Positions 19,638-30,235 are shown, numbered from the stretch's first letter. The stretch: 64,000 bases of DNA from Spirochaetota bacterium (GCA_035420565.1 DAOLVF010000001.1:23152-87151); one strand, 5' to 3'. The notes: a model not told the origin generated them from the letters alone. A program made the numbers and translations.

Positions 19638-21006
19638 CGCTGCCTCCTATAAGAACATTTTTTATCAATAGGTGCGGCCCACCTGAAGAAACCGGAAGTG
19701 GTGCCTGCCCCTGCTTGCCACAGCCTCCCAATCCACCAAACATGGTACAATCATCTGCAATTGAATCAATATTCATAAGCGTCATGAACACATTCCCGCT
19801 GAGCATGCAATCGCGCAATAATCTCGTTTTCTTTCCCCGTTTTACCTCATAGGCATATGCCGGGGTAAAGGTAAACATCTCCAGATTGGTCTGCCCACCT
19901 AATGCGCCAGCTACATATAATCCATTACCTAAACGATCAAACAGCTCATCAGCAGTTGCGGTGCCATTATCAATATAGGTATTGGTCATCCGTACAATAG
20001 GGTGTGCACCACACGATATTGCCCGCGCATTGCCGGTTGGCTGCTCACCCATTTTTTTAGCTGTTTCCCGAGAGTGCAATCTGCCAGTCAAAATACCATC
20101 CTTAATCAAATAGGTTTTTTGCGGTTGTATCCCCTCATCATCTATAGGGATATACCCTGTATAGGGTAGTGAGCCATCATCAATCACCTGTAAACATTCC
20201 GGACCAAAACGCCTGCCAATCACCATGAGCTCTTTCATTCGGGGATTCTCGTAGATAAAATCTGCTTCAGAAAGATGCCCAAATGCCTCGTGAATAAACA
20301 CCCCTGCCAGCTTTGGATCCACTATGACATTGTATAGTCCACTTTGTACCTGCTCTGCCTTTACCAGCTCTGCAGCCGTTTTCACCACCTCTTCTGCCAC
20401 AGCGTGATTATCCTCAACCAGTTCAAATCCACCGTACTGTGCAATCGATTCACCGTACGGTTGCATAACAGTACCATCCTTTGCTATAGCCGAAAAAGAA
20501 ACGCCACAGAACGAGCTTTCATAATCAACACCTGTTTCGTCAGTATTGTACATATAATAGTGAGTCATGGAATCCCTGTATACAACATTGGTATTCTCAA
20601 CCAATGGGCTGCTCTTTAAAATTGCATTATAGCGGTGCATAAGCTCCATCTTTTCTTCAAGGCTTACGCTGTGCAAAGGCTTCAGTACTTTTGTTTTTTT
20701 GTTCACTACATTGGATTGCATGGCAGCAATGGAAACAGCGTCATCTTTTTTTTGTATGTGCGATAGTTCCTGTGCACGGATTATTGCATAATCTATCATA
20801 TCCAGTGTTGTAAATGAAACAAATCCCCAGCATCCCCTGTTATAGACGCGCACCGATCCCTGCGTAGTTTTACCAGCTTTACAGGTTTCCACTCTATTCT
20901 TTGAAAGATGGATGCTTACCGTATCACTTTCACTCATTCGAATTTCAGCATACTCAGCCTTTATGTTTTTTAATTTCTTCTGCGCCATCGTCATATCTAC
21001 TACCAT
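19609..21006 (-). CDS. tldD: TldD family metalloprotease
   Basis: The HExxxGH motif is present in GVFIHEAFGHLSEAD. GGGAGAAGGA precedes the ATG. Confidence 0.85.
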   Translation of the reverse strand: MVVDMTMAQKKLKNIKAEYAEIRMSESDTVSIHLSKNRVETCKAGKTTQGSVRVYNRGCWGFVSFTTLDMIDYAIIRAQELSHIQKKDDAVSIAAMQSNVVNKKTKVLKPLHSVSLEEKMELMHRYNAILKSSPLVENTNVVYRDSMTHYYMYNTDETGVDYESSFCGVSFSAIAKDGTVMQPYGESIAQYGGFELVEDNHAVAEEVVKTAAELVKAEQVQSGLYNVIVDPKLAGVFIHEAFGHLSEADFIYENPRMKELMVIGRRFGPECLQVIDDGSLPYTGYIPIDDEGIQPQKTYLIKDGILTGRLHSRETAKKMGEQPTGNARAISCGAHPIVRMTNTYIDNGTATADELFDRLGNGLYVAGALGGQTNLEMFTFTPAYAYEVKRGKKTRLLRDCMLSGNVFMTLMNIDSIADDCTMFGGLGGCGKQGQAPLPVSSGGPHLLIKNVLIGGSGAGGSKKKS

Positions 21007-21124
21007 TATATCCTTCTCCCAAAAACAGTATTGATACTCAGACCACTGTCAAACAATAGTCATCGCTACCCTATCTCGGCATGGATGGCAGATTTCTTAT
21101 TGTGTATGGTATAGCAAAAATCCT

Positions 21125-21826
21125 TTACACTGTTGTCATTGCCCTTTTTATTGCCTGCCCAATATTGCTGGATAACTGTCGCCACAAATGGTTTCCCTGA
21201 AAATATAAATCCTGGTTAACCTCCACTTCTATGCCGCAGTACCTATCTCCGTACTGCTTTCTAAGCCATACCGTTACACCGTCACCACACCCCCTGAAAG
21301 GGTAATTGTATGCTATGCGCAACGGATGCAGTGCAAACAAAGTTTCTTTGATACTTTTACTTAATTGCTGTTCTACCGGGCAGTATTGATCATATAAAAG
21401 TCCTATATCACAATACCGTTTAAATCCATTCAATTGTGGTGTAAACGAATGGACAGCAACATGAATGACATGCGTATGATGTCGCATTGCCCTGCTAACA
21501 GCCTGTTCTATTGTATTGCGGTGTTTATCGTAATAACGTCGTATCAGCTCATTTTTAAGAACGCTATCAAAATTTTTTGTAAATTTCGAAAATAATTCAT
21601 CACTTCCTACTGACCGGTTACAATCGACAATAAGGCGTGTAACCTTTGTGTATATAAGTGGCACATGCAGTATGCTGGCAATAATCATAGCCATTGGTAA
21701 TGCCCCAATATCATACGCAAGGTGGGTTGCTACTATTTCATGCTCTCCGGAAAAAAGTGCTGTAAGCTCAGGTGGTATATAGTTTCCGGCATGCTCACAG
21801 GTAACAATACAGGTATTTTTTGCCAT
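21125..21826 (-). CDS. N-formylglutamate amidohydrolase family protein
   Basis: The N-terminal TCEHAGNYIPPEL resembles the FGase family EHAS..IP motif. There is no other support. Confidence 0.45.
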   Translation of the reverse strand: MAKNTCIVTCEHAGNYIPPELTALFSGEHEIVATHLAYDIGALPMAMIIASILHVPLIYTKVTRLIVDCNRSVGSDELFSKFTKNFDSVLKNELIRRYYDKHRNTIEQAVSRAMRHHTHVIHVAVHSFTPQLNGFKRYCDIGLLYDQYCPVEQQLSKSIKETLFALHPLRIAYNYPFRGCGDGVTVWLRKQYGDRYCGIEVEVNQDLYFQGNHLWRQLSSNIGQAIKRAMTTV

Positions 21827-21914
21827 GTGCTAAACCTTTGCAGTATATCGCTTGACATAAAGCAATTGTATTCTACTTTTCTGGTCAACATTTATTTTAA
21901 CAAAAGAGGTCTGT

Positions 21915-22271
21915 ATGCTTATTATAACAACTATTATTGGGCTATCAGCCGGCATGTTATCAGGACTTATGGGTATTGGTGGTGGGATTATCATGATACC
22001 AGCATTGATATATGTAATGCATTTTAATCAGCATTTAGCACAGGGAACAACACTTGCTGCAATGATACCACCTATTGGTATTCTTGCAGCATATGCATAT
22101 TATAAATCCGGCTATGTTAATATACCGGTTGCGCTTACCCTGGCTTTAGGTTTTATCATTGGGGGCTATTTTGGTGGTAAGATTGCGGTGTCACTTGATA
22201 GCGAAACACTCCGCCGTATTTTTGGAATAATCCTCTTTGTTATTTCATTGCATATCATATTTTCAAAATAG
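21915..22271 (+). CDS. half-size TauE/SafE (DUF81) family membrane protein
   Basis: A four-TM unit with GLMGIGGGIIMIPAL and GGYFGGKIA motifs. AAGAGG precedes the ATG. Confidence 0.5.
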   Translation: MLIITTIIGLSAGMLSGLMGIGGGIIMIPALIYVMHFNQHLAQGTTLAAMIPPIGILAAYAYYKSGYVNIPVALTLALGFIIGGYFGGKIAVSLDSETLRRIFGIILFVISLHIIFSK

Positions 22272-22395
22272 CCGCGCTTTACTGAACCGGTAATAATGTC
22301 ATTTTTTATTAACACCCATGAATCTGAAATTTGTAAATTTTAATATGTAATCATGTGTAATACATAAAATAGTTGCTTTATTACTATAGACATGA

Positions 22396-22411
22396 TACTG
22401 TATTTACAGTA
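22396..22411. promoter_or_regulatory. inverted repeat TACTGTA-TT-TACAGTA 36 bp upstream of the two-gene module at 22447
   Basis: Perfect 7-bp arms. The position fits an autoregulatory operator. Confidence 0.35.
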
Positions 22412-22446
22412 TACACTTTACATTTGTTTTTTATCAGGTAACTATC

Positions 22447-22728
22447 ATGCAGCAACAGAACAGTGGTATTCAAAAACCACAACGTATAAAACCATTCTAC
22501 TCACAAAAAGTACCCATTCCATCTAACCTTACATCTCTTTTATGGGATGAACAGGATACTGCTCCACTTGAAAAATTAATTCTCCGTGTTTTGCAGTATG
22601 GCAATTATGAAGAAATACATACTATCTACTCTTTATATTCAACGGAAACAACTGACATAGTATCTCGTTACCCTGACATAAAACGGGGAGTAAAATTCTG
22701 GGTGCGGTACTGGAATGAACACCATTAA
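22447..22728 (+). CDS. small protein translationally coupled to the AbiEii-like gene; candidate antitoxin partner
   Basis: 93 aa. It overlaps the next gene by 14 nt. No motif recognised. Confidence 0.35.
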   Translation: MQQQNSGIQKPQRIKPFYSQKVPIPSNLTSLLWDEQDTAPLEKLILRVLQYGNYEEIHTIYSLYSTETTDIVSRYPDIKRGVKFWVRYWNEHH

Positions 22729-23290
22729 CACAACAATAATTACCCTGGCACAACAGATACAAGAGCAGTTTCCGCATTTTTATTTAGCTGGTGGTACTGC
22801 CATAATGTTAAAATATAACCACCGGATAAGTTATGATCTTGATTTCTTTAATTTTAAAGAATTTTCATATAACCGATTGGCAAAAAAAGTAATACCATTA
22901 TATCAAAACCAGATTGATAAATGGGAGCGTAAAGAGGATAATATAGATTTCTTTATCAATGGAATAAAAGTATCATTTGTTTTTTTTCCTTTTAAAAACC
23001 TTGAAAAAATTGAAACTATTCATCACATTAAAGTAGCAGGTGATTTTGATCTCTTTTTGAACAAACTGTATGTTGCAGGAAGAAGAATTGACCCCAAAGA
23101 TCCTTTTGATGCTGCTTATTTGTATAACCAGCATAATTGGGATAACAACTACATTATACAAGGTTTTGAAAAGAAGTTCAAGGGACAAAGTTATAAAATA
23201 TATTTAGGGGCTTTATTGAGCTTTGAGGATTATGGCGAATTACCAGCATGGATAAAAGAAACACTGATGAAGCTTATATACCAGGTTTAA
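22715..23290 (+). CDS. AbiEii / DUF1814-type nucleotidyltransferase (type IV toxin-like)
   Basis: FYLAGGTAIMLKYNHRISYDLDFF matches the GGTAL...R.SxDLDF core of AbiEii-family nucleotidyltransferases. It is shorter (191 aa) than typical members. Confidence 0.55.
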   Translation: MNTINTTIITLAQQIQEQFPHFYLAGGTAIMLKYNHRISYDLDFFNFKEFSYNRLAKKVIPLYQNQIDKWERKEDNIDFFINGIKVSFVFFPFKNLEKIETIHHIKVAGDFDLFLNKLYVAGRRIDPKDPFDAAYLYNQHNWDNNYIIQGFEKKFKGQSYKIYLGALLSFEDYGELPAWIKETLMKLIYQV

Positions 23291-25628
23291 ACCTCTTGAG
23301 CATCAACGATAAACTTACCACTGTTACCGAACTTAAAGCCATAGCAGCCCCTGCCAGTTCGGGTTTTACCAGCCAGCCTGTGAAAGGATACAACACGCCA
23401 GCAGCTACAGGCACTAAAACCGCATTATATGCAAATGCCCAGAAGATATTCTGTTTTATGCGTCGCATTACTTTTACTGCTAACTCAAAATAGGTCACCA
23501 CATCACGCAATCTGTTCCTCAAGAGTACTACATCACCAGCTTCTATCGCCACATCAGTTCCACTGCCAAGTGCAATCCCAACATCAGCCTGTGCCAGCAC
23601 CGGCGCATCATTGATGCCATCACCAATAAACGCTACAATCTCTCCATCCTTTTGCAACTGTTTCACAACATTCATTTTATCTTCAGGTTTAACATCAGCA
23701 TATACAGCATCCATGCCAATTTCATGAGCTATCGCCAGAGCACTCAGCCTGTTATCACCCGTAAGCATGGCTGTTTTTATACCACGCTGTTGCAAAGAGC
23801 GTATAACCGTGTTTGCATCTGTCCTGGGCGTATCCGATAGTGCAATAATACCATACGGCTTTTCCTGTGCTACAACAACGACCGTTTTTCCTTCATTTTC
23901 AAATTCTTTCATCTTTTGTGCGATAGTTACTTCACATGGTATGTAATCCTGTATAAAATCTCTGCTGCCAGCAATAACCTTTTTTTGAGCTATCGTCCCC
24001 ATGACACCTTTCCCTTCCACTACGCTGACATCCTCAACCTCATGGAACACTGCATGGTGATTGGTAGCATATTGTACAATTGCTTCACCAACAGGATGCT
24101 CAGCATAGCGTTCCAGGGAAGCACAAACCGATAGCAGTTCATGTTCACTGATGTTGTCAAACGCTATAATATTGGTCACTGTCATGGTGCCGGTTGTTAA
24201 CGTTCCCGTTTTATCAAATACTGCATGCGTAACCTTTGAAGCATTTTCCAGGGCTTCACTATTTTTAATCAGTATTCCCAGTTCAGCGCCTTTTCCAATA
24301 CCAACGGTTATAGCAGTTGGAGTAGCAAGCCCCAATGCACATGGGCAGGCTATAACAATGACAGCCACAAACACCTCAAATGAAAAAAATATATCCCCAT
24401 TTATTACATACCAAACCAGTGCGGCTATTGTTGCAATCGTCAGTATAACCGGTATAAAAATGCTTACCACCCTGTCGGCAAAACGTTGCACACGTGGTTT
24501 TGACATCACTGCATGTTCAACCAGATTAATAATCCGTGATAGTATTGAATCCTGTCCAATAGCTTTTGCCTTTATCACAATCAGGCTGTTTTTGTTAAGT
24601 GTCCCCCCAATAACCGCATTGCCTTCGCTTTTGAATACTGGCACAGATTCACCGGTTACCATCGACTCGTCCACATAACTTTGTCCCTTTACAATTTCGC
24701 CATCTACCGGAATGCGCGTTTGCGGTTTCACAACAACCGTGTCTCCAATGGTAACATCACTGGTGTTTATTTCTATTTCATTCCCATCTCGAATGACTAT
24801 CGCTGTATCCGGACTAAGCGATAGTAGCTTTGCAATGGTATGGGATGTCCTTGATTTAGCCCTTTCCTCAAGATATTTCCCGATGTTAAGAAATGATGCC
24901 AGAAATATTGAGGTTTCATAGATCATAAATTCATGCGACAGCACGTGCAGTGAAGCAAGGATACTTGCACCAAATGATACCCCGATGCCCATGGCATACA
25001 TAACATCCATTGATAAAACCCTATTTTTCAGTGCATGGTATGCACCAGTAAATATGTGATAGCTCACAAAAAGAAATACTGGCGTTAATATAATAGCGAT
25101 GCCAATAGTATCCATAGCCCACAATCCATACATCATTGCCATAAGCAAAGCACCAGCTACCAGCCCAGCAACAATCTGTATCAGGCGCAGTGGTGACTGT
25201 TTTTGTGTTTGGACCTCTTCTGTCCCTAAAAACCTGTAACCAGCATCTTCAACCTTTGTTTTTATGTCGCTGTCATGAACAGCTTCAGGGGTAACAACAA
25301 GCATTGCTTTCCCTGTGGCATAGTTTACATTAATATCAAGCACACCCTCTATATCCATAATCGCATTCGTTACCGCTTTAGAGCACATGACACAGCTCAT
25401 GTCACCTATTGTTGCCTGTACAATTTCTTTTTCTATGTATACTCCATTTTCTTCCAGCAGTTCAACAATGTGTATGGGACTTATAACGGAGCTATCGTAC
25501 TCAATTTCATAGTGTTTATTGTTATAGTTTACACCACTAATACCTGGTGTACTTGTTATCAGTTTTGTAATAGCTTCCCGATTATTATTTTTTATTGCCA
25601 GTAATACTTTTTTATTCATATTAAACAT
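23274..25628 (-). CDS. copA: copper-translocating P1B-type ATPase
   Basis: An N-terminal HMA domain with a CxxC (GDMSCVMC) is present. So are CPC in TM6, DKTGTLT and GDGINDAP. AGAGGA precedes the ATG. Its 3' end overlaps the convergent AbiEii-like gene by 17 nt. Confidence 0.9.
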   Translation of the reverse strand: MFNMNKKVLLAIKNNNREAITKLITSTPGISGVNYNNKHYEIEYDSSVISPIHIVELLEENGVYIEKEIVQATIGDMSCVMCSKAVTNAIMDIEGVLDINVNYATGKAMLVVTPEAVHDSDIKTKVEDAGYRFLGTEEVQTQKQSPLRLIQIVAGLVAGALLMAMMYGLWAMDTIGIAIILTPVFLFVSYHIFTGAYHALKNRVLSMDVMYAMGIGVSFGASILASLHVLSHEFMIYETSIFLASFLNIGKYLEERAKSRTSHTIAKLLSLSPDTAIVIRDGNEIEINTSDVTIGDTVVVKPQTRIPVDGEIVKGQSYVDESMVTGESVPVFKSEGNAVIGGTLNKNSLIVIKAKAIGQDSILSRIINLVEHAVMSKPRVQRFADRVVSIFIPVILTIATIAALVWYVINGDIFFSFEVFVAVIVIACPCALGLATPTAITVGIGKGAELGILIKNSEALENASKVTHAVFDKTGTLTTGTMTVTNIIAFDNISEHELLSVCASLERYAEHPVGEAIVQYATNHHAVFHEVEDVSVVEGKGVMGTIAQKKVIAGSRDFIQDYIPCEVTIAQKMKEFENEGKTVVVVAQEKPYGIIALSDTPRTDANTVIRSLQQRGIKTAMLTGDNRLSALAIAHEIGMDAVYADVKPEDKMNVVKQLQKDGEIVAFIGDGINDAPVLAQADVGIALGSGTDVAIEAGDVVLLRNRLRDVVTYFELAVKVMRRIKQNIFWAFAYNAVLVPVAAGVLYPFTGWLVKPELAGAAMALSSVTVVSLSLMLKRFKPGI

Positions 25629-25819
25629 CCTCTAAAATACTGTATTACTATTCATGGTCATATAATATACTATAAAAACAAAAATAAATCAATACCTGAT
25701 TATTTATTATTATCTGGAAAAAAAATTTATGCCTATTCATGATGGATTATTATTATTTCAATCACTTCACCCATATTCTTTGCTTATCGGGTCATTGCCT
25801 TTTAGTAACTTTTTTTATT

Positions 25820-27937
25820 TTATATAGACTCAATCCCTATAAAAATCTTATCATCACGGTGTTCAATGTTTGATGCATTCCTTTTTATCGCTTCATTAAT
25901 AAGCGATACTGTTTGTTCAACACTTAAGTGCCCATTTTCAAGTATAAAATGCTTTAAATCTTTATATTGGTTTCCAAAATAGTCTGTACTAAATTCCTCA
26001 ATTATACCATCAGTAAATAGGTACAATTTATAGTTTTTTTTGATATCAATTATCTTATTTTCAAAATTTGAAAATTTTGAAATTCCAATTGCAGGACCCG
26101 TGCGGGATAACTCAAAAATAGTGCTGTTCATAACCAAAAATTGATCAGGATGACCTGCCGAAGCATAAAGAAGTTTATTATTGTTCCCATCAATATCAAC
26201 CATAATTGCCGTTAAAAACATTTTCATTGTTTTATAATAATCCGAAAATACTGTATTGAGTTTCTTAAAAACTTCAGCAGGGGTTTCACATTCATCCTTT
26301 AACTTATCATATTCAACTTTTATCAATATGGTAATCAATGATGCGCTTATACCATGTCCAGTTGCATCGGCAAGAAACACGCGTGTCTTTTTATTTGGTA
26401 GAGAAGCTATATCATAAACGTCACCACCTATTTGCATAAACGGTTCATTGTACACTGCAATCTTTACGTCCGGTATGTGCATTATTTCTTTAGGAATAAT
26501 TCTATCATGAATAGTTTTTGCAAGATGAACTTCATTTGATATTTGATCATATAATGATGCCAGCTTTTTATACGTTTTCTCTGTATCCTGCTGAGCAGAT
26601 ATGGCTTTTTCAGTCTGATTCAAAAGCTCTTCCGTCTTTTTCTTTACTTCAGCATTTAAATTCTCTGAAAGATATTCTGTTGTCTTAAATGCTCTTGCAA
26701 ATCGTAATGACAAAACTGATGATTGGAACAGAATAAAAAGCGCAAGCCCATATTCAGACATAAAAAATGTACGTATGATAAATAGATTATGTAAAATATC
26801 ATTAGCAACAGTTATCATTAATACTATATACCCTATAAATATTAACAATGCATCATCCCTGCGACGAATACTGGCAGCAATAAGAATTATAAAGGCTCCA
26901 ATCATTGTAGTGAACAGTATTACATTATAAGCACCTATCAAATTTGTAAATATTTTAGGGGGTAAAATCATTGGAATGCTTATAAAAATAATCCCTGTAA
27001 TAATCTGAAAAATTACAAACATTCTGTTTGATTCACGAGGGAAAAGATAACAAACATAGAGCGTAAAACTTAACCATCCTAAACCAAGGCTACCATATTC
27101 AATTGAAAATCTGATAAAAAACACATCGGAATTATAAAAAATTCGTTCAAGATAATTACCTATAACAAATGAATGGCTGAAAATAGCAAAACAAAATATG
27201 GAAAACCAAAAAGAGGTTTTATCTTTTCTACGCCCCATCCAGAGAATTAAATGATAGACAGCAATGATGAATATAATGCCAAGTATAACCGTTTTAATAA
27301 AATCATGTTCCCACAGAATCTGTGTAATACTTTCAAAAGGACCAATAACTATACACTTATTAAGGCCGCCTCCACGATGAAAAAAGTTTGATACTTTTAC
27401 TGCTATGACAAATTCTTCAGTTTCTTTTTCACAGTTTAAAGGTTTTAATTGAGGTTTTAAACAAGGGCTTGAGGATTGCTCATCAATGCTAACAATCCCA
27501 GAACACATAAATTTGTTGCCATTGAAATAGAGTTCATAGGCTGTGTTTGCACCTGGAACATAGATGGCTGGTGAAGTTTCCCAAAAACTTTTATTTACTT
27601 TTACCTTTAAGCGATACCAGCCATAGCCATCGCCTTTAAATTTTTCAGAATTCCAGTAATTGGGTATTATGATATAATCCCATTCAGAATCATCGTAATC
27701 TGGTCGAGCAAAAGCCGGACTATCTTCCAGCATTCTATACTTCCACTCACCCTTAAGCTCAACAGGCTTCTCTTTAGTAAAATCAATTGTAGAACAATCA
27801 AATACTCCACATTGTGCAGAATAACTTGAAAAAAATACCTCTGTCGGAGAGCAACCTGCAAAGAATAAACAGGCTACTAATAGTGGAATGAGGTATAATT
27901 TCATAGCCAACGCGCTAACATAAATTTTGATATTCAT
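25820..27937 (-). CDS. 7TM receptor (7TMR-DISM-like) with C-terminal PPM/SpoIIE-type Ser/Thr phosphatase domain
   Basis: An extracytoplasmic N-domain is followed by about 7 TM helices, a coiled coil and phosphatase motifs FMQIGGDVYD, FLADATGHGISASL and LFTDGIIE. The alternative start MKLYLIPLLVACLFFAGCS looks lipoprotein-like. Confidence 0.7.
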   Translation of the reverse strand: MNIKIYVSALAMKLYLIPLLVACLFFAGCSPTEVFFSSYSAQCGVFDCSTIDFTKEKPVELKGEWKYRMLEDSPAFARPDYDDSEWDYIIIPNYWNSEKFKGDGYGWYRLKVKVNKSFWETSPAIYVPGANTAYELYFNGNKFMCSGIVSIDEQSSSPCLKPQLKPLNCEKETEEFVIAVKVSNFFHRGGGLNKCIVIGPFESITQILWEHDFIKTVILGIIFIIAVYHLILWMGRRKDKTSFWFSIFCFAIFSHSFVIGNYLERIFYNSDVFFIRFSIEYGSLGLGWLSFTLYVCYLFPRESNRMFVIFQIITGIIFISIPMILPPKIFTNLIGAYNVILFTTMIGAFIILIAASIRRRDDALLIFIGYIVLMITVANDILHNLFIIRTFFMSEYGLALFILFQSSVLSLRFARAFKTTEYLSENLNAEVKKKTEELLNQTEKAISAQQDTEKTYKKLASLYDQISNEVHLAKTIHDRIIPKEIMHIPDVKIAVYNEPFMQIGGDVYDIASLPNKKTRVFLADATGHGISASLITILIKVEYDKLKDECETPAEVFKKLNTVFSDYYKTMKMFLTAIMVDIDGNNNKLLYASAGHPDQFLVMNSTIFELSRTGPAIGISKFSNFENKIIDIKKNYKLYLFTDGIIEEFSTDYFGNQYKDLKHFILENGHLSVEQTVSLINEAIKRNASNIEHRDDKIFIGIESI

Positions 27938-28409
27938 AATAGCGTACTACGTTATGAAAAAAGTAGCTTCATCCTTGTGCACTTAGTCCATGAATATTTT
28001 TAATACAAGAAAAAATACTGCCATTTAAACTATGGGTAGTTATGATACTATTCTTCATTGTTTTATTTAACTCATATCTATTTGCTTATGGGAACCTCTG
28101 GGAATCCAGCTTTTCATTACCACCAATACGATACACAGTATTCCAATACTTATCCCCGGAAGGGAATGTTCAAAACTAATTATTAAAGGTTACTATGTTA
28201 AAATAAAATACAAGATAGCGGTATTCTTGTCAATTATTATTACAAAATGTCATAATTATAACATGGAAATGATTAACATTAGGCTTCAAATGTGTTTTGT
28301 TGTAAGTTGTAATTTTATATATAATTAATTATTCTTGATCTACAATCATACATCTTTCCTGCTAAACTTGAACCTGCACCAACTATATTGTTAATACAAC
28401 ATTAATTGC

Positions 28410-28438
28410 TTGACAGAAAAACAGCTAAAATATAGATT
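28410..28438 (+). promoter_or_regulatory. candidate sigma70-type promoter for ispE
   Basis: TTGACA (28410-28415) is followed by TATAGA after a 15-nt spacer. The fit is weak. Confidence 0.25.
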
Positions 28439-28467
28439 TGCCAATCTATTACACAATACCATTATTG

Positions 28468-29352
28468 ATGATTGAAAGTATAAAAGCCTACGCAAAAATA
28501 AATCTTCATCTAGAAGTTTTGAACAAAAGGCCAGATAGCTACCATAATATCTGTAGTATCATGGCGAAGATTAATATCTTTGATCTTTTACAACTTGAGG
28601 GATGTGAACTATGCAATCCTAATACTATCGATATAACTATTCGATGCATAGGCGGGCAAAATGCCGCTATAGTAAAAGAACTCCCCATAGAGCAAAACCT
28701 GATCACAAAAGCAATACGTTTATATTGTTCAACTGCACATATTGGCTCAAGGGTTACTATCGCCATACAAAAAGAAATTCCATCAGGTGCAGGATTGGGT
28801 GGCGGAAGTGCAGATGCTGCAGCAGCCTTGATGCTCTGTAATAACGTATTCAATAAATTCAGTCACAATGAACTTATGGCGTTAGCTGCTGAGATTGGAG
28901 CTGATGTTCCTTTTTGTTTAAATGGAAATATTGCTCTTTGCGAAGGTAAAGGTGAAATAGTAACTCCATTGAAAAAAATACCTCTGCCAGATGCAGTTGT
29001 TATTGTTTTTAATGACGTTCACAGCAGTACCAAAGAAGCATACACCGCATTGATGAGAAGTTTTGCGCCTGTTTTGTCAAAAAAAGAAGCAGTTTTGTCT
29101 TTATGGGATAAAAGTGATGTAGGTGCTTTATTAAACATTTTTAAAAATGATTTCCAGGATATTGTTTTTGATAACAATCCACAGCTTAGGGAAATTTACC
29201 GCACCTTGCAGGATTTTGCCCCGGATTTTATCCATATGACAGGTAGCGGTTCGGCATTATGTGCACTTTTTCACGATATTGGAAAAGCCAATGAGGTTTT
29301 CCTGACGCTTAAACCTCACTATTCACAAGTATTTGTATCAAATTTATTATGA
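28468..29352 (+). CDS. ispE: 4-diphosphocytidyl-2-C-methyl-D-erythritol kinase
   Basis: MIESIKAYAKINLHLEV is present, with the GHMP kinase motif PSGAGLGGGSADAAAAL. The track ORF starts upstream at 28438. The first ATG is at 28468. Confidence 0.85.
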   Translation: MIESIKAYAKINLHLEVLNKRPDSYHNICSIMAKINIFDLLQLEGCELCNPNTIDITIRCIGGQNAAIVKELPIEQNLITKAIRLYCSTAHIGSRVTIAIQKEIPSGAGLGGGSADAAAALMLCNNVFNKFSHNELMALAAEIGADVPFCLNGNIALCEGKGEIVTPLKKIPLPDAVVIVFNDVHSSTKEAYTALMRSFAPVLSKKEAVLSLWDKSDVGALLNIFKNDFQDIVFDNNPQLREIYRTLQDFAPDFIHMTGSGSALCALFHDIGKANEVFLTLKPHYSQVFVSNLL

Positions 29353-29389
29353 CATAAGGCATTTTATTACTATAATTATAATATTATTT

Positions 29390-29461
29390 TGAGGTGTAGC
29401 CAAGTGGTACGGCACCGGGTTTTGGTCCCGGCATTCCCAGGTTCGAATCCTGGCACCTCAG
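29390..29461 (+). tRNA. tRNA-Gln (anticodon UUG)
   Basis: Hand-folded cloverleaf. Acceptor TGAGGTG/CACCTCA carries the U1:A72 pair typical of bacterial tRNA-Gln. Anticodon stem CCGGG/CCCGG with loop TTTTGGT. T-arm CCAGG-TTCGAAT-CCTGG. Discriminator G. CCA is not encoded. Confidence 0.85.
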
Positions 29462-29485
29462 CATACTTTATTATGAGTGATAGTT

Positions 29486-30235
29486 ATGAATAACTGTAAA
29501 GCTGTCATATTAGCTGCAGGTAAAGGCGTGCGCATGCAATCCAGCCTGCCCAAGGTACTGCACAGGTTAGCCGGGAAACCGCTTGTACAGCATGTTATAG
29601 ATAATCTCATCAGTGCAGGTATAAGTTATAATGATATTATAGTTGTCGTGGGCTATAAAGGTGATGATGTAATTTCAGCAATTGACAACAATATCTCCTT
29701 TGTCTGGCAGATAGAACAATTAGGAACAGGTCATGCTGTAATGCAAACTGAACCTCAATTGGGCACCTATAACGGTTGTTTACTTGTTGCATGCGGTGAT
29801 GTGCCACTCATAAAGCCTGAAACATTTATCAAGCTGTATAATGCTGTTAACGACCACAGTACAGGTGCTGCAGTTCTGACAATGGAACTTGAAAATCCCT
29901 GCGGATACGGTCGTATTATCCGAGGTGAATATGATAATTTGATTAGGATCGTAGAAGAAAAAGATGCAGATCCTATTCAGAGGAATATAAAAGAAGTGAA
30001 TACCGGTACCTATGCTTTTAAAAGTCCTATTCTTTTCCAGGGGTTAAAAACTATTACCACCGACAATGCTCAAAGGGAATATTATCTACCTGATGTTTTA
30101 ACATTTATCAGAAAGTCTGGATATGATGTGAAAATCATTAAACTTGATGACCCCATTGAAGGAACTGGTGTAAATTCTAAAGAAGAACTTATAAAACTTG
30201 GAAGCATAATTACAAAAACGTTTATTAAAAAATAG
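29486..30235 (+). CDS. glmU: GlmU N-terminal domain only: sugar-1-phosphate (GlcNAc-1-P) uridyltransferase without the acetyltransferase left-handed beta-helix
   Basis: The protein is collinear with the E. coli GlmU uridyltransferase half (VILAAGKGVRMQSSLPKVLH..., QLGTGHA, EYY...D). It ends at about residue 250, and prs starts 2 nt later. The track start is GTG at 29477. ATG at 29486. Confidence 0.75.
   Translation: MNNCKAVILAAGKGVRMQSSLPKVLHRLAGKPLVQHVIDNLISAGISYNDIIVVVGYKGDDVISAIDNNISFVWQIEQLGTGHAVMQTEPQLGTYNGCLLVACGDVPLIKPETFIKLYNAVNDHSTGAAVLTMELENPCGYGRIIRGEYDNLIRIVEEKDADPIQRNIKEVNTGTYAFKSPILFQGLKTITTDNAQREYYLPDVLTFIRKSGYDVKIIKLDDPIEGTGVNSKEELIKLGSIITKTFIKK

Noticed and set aside
22396-22411. 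CTGT-N4-ACAG palindrome considered as a LexA/SOS box
   Set aside because: The 4-bp spacing does not match the CTGT-N8-ACAG architecture. It is interpreted as an operator for the adjacent module instead.
29390-29461. tRNA locus considered as an integration hotspot for a mobile element
   Set aside because: No integrase, direct repeat of the tRNA 3' end or foreign-looking genes follow. The downstream genes are the conserved glmU-prs-rplY-pth set.
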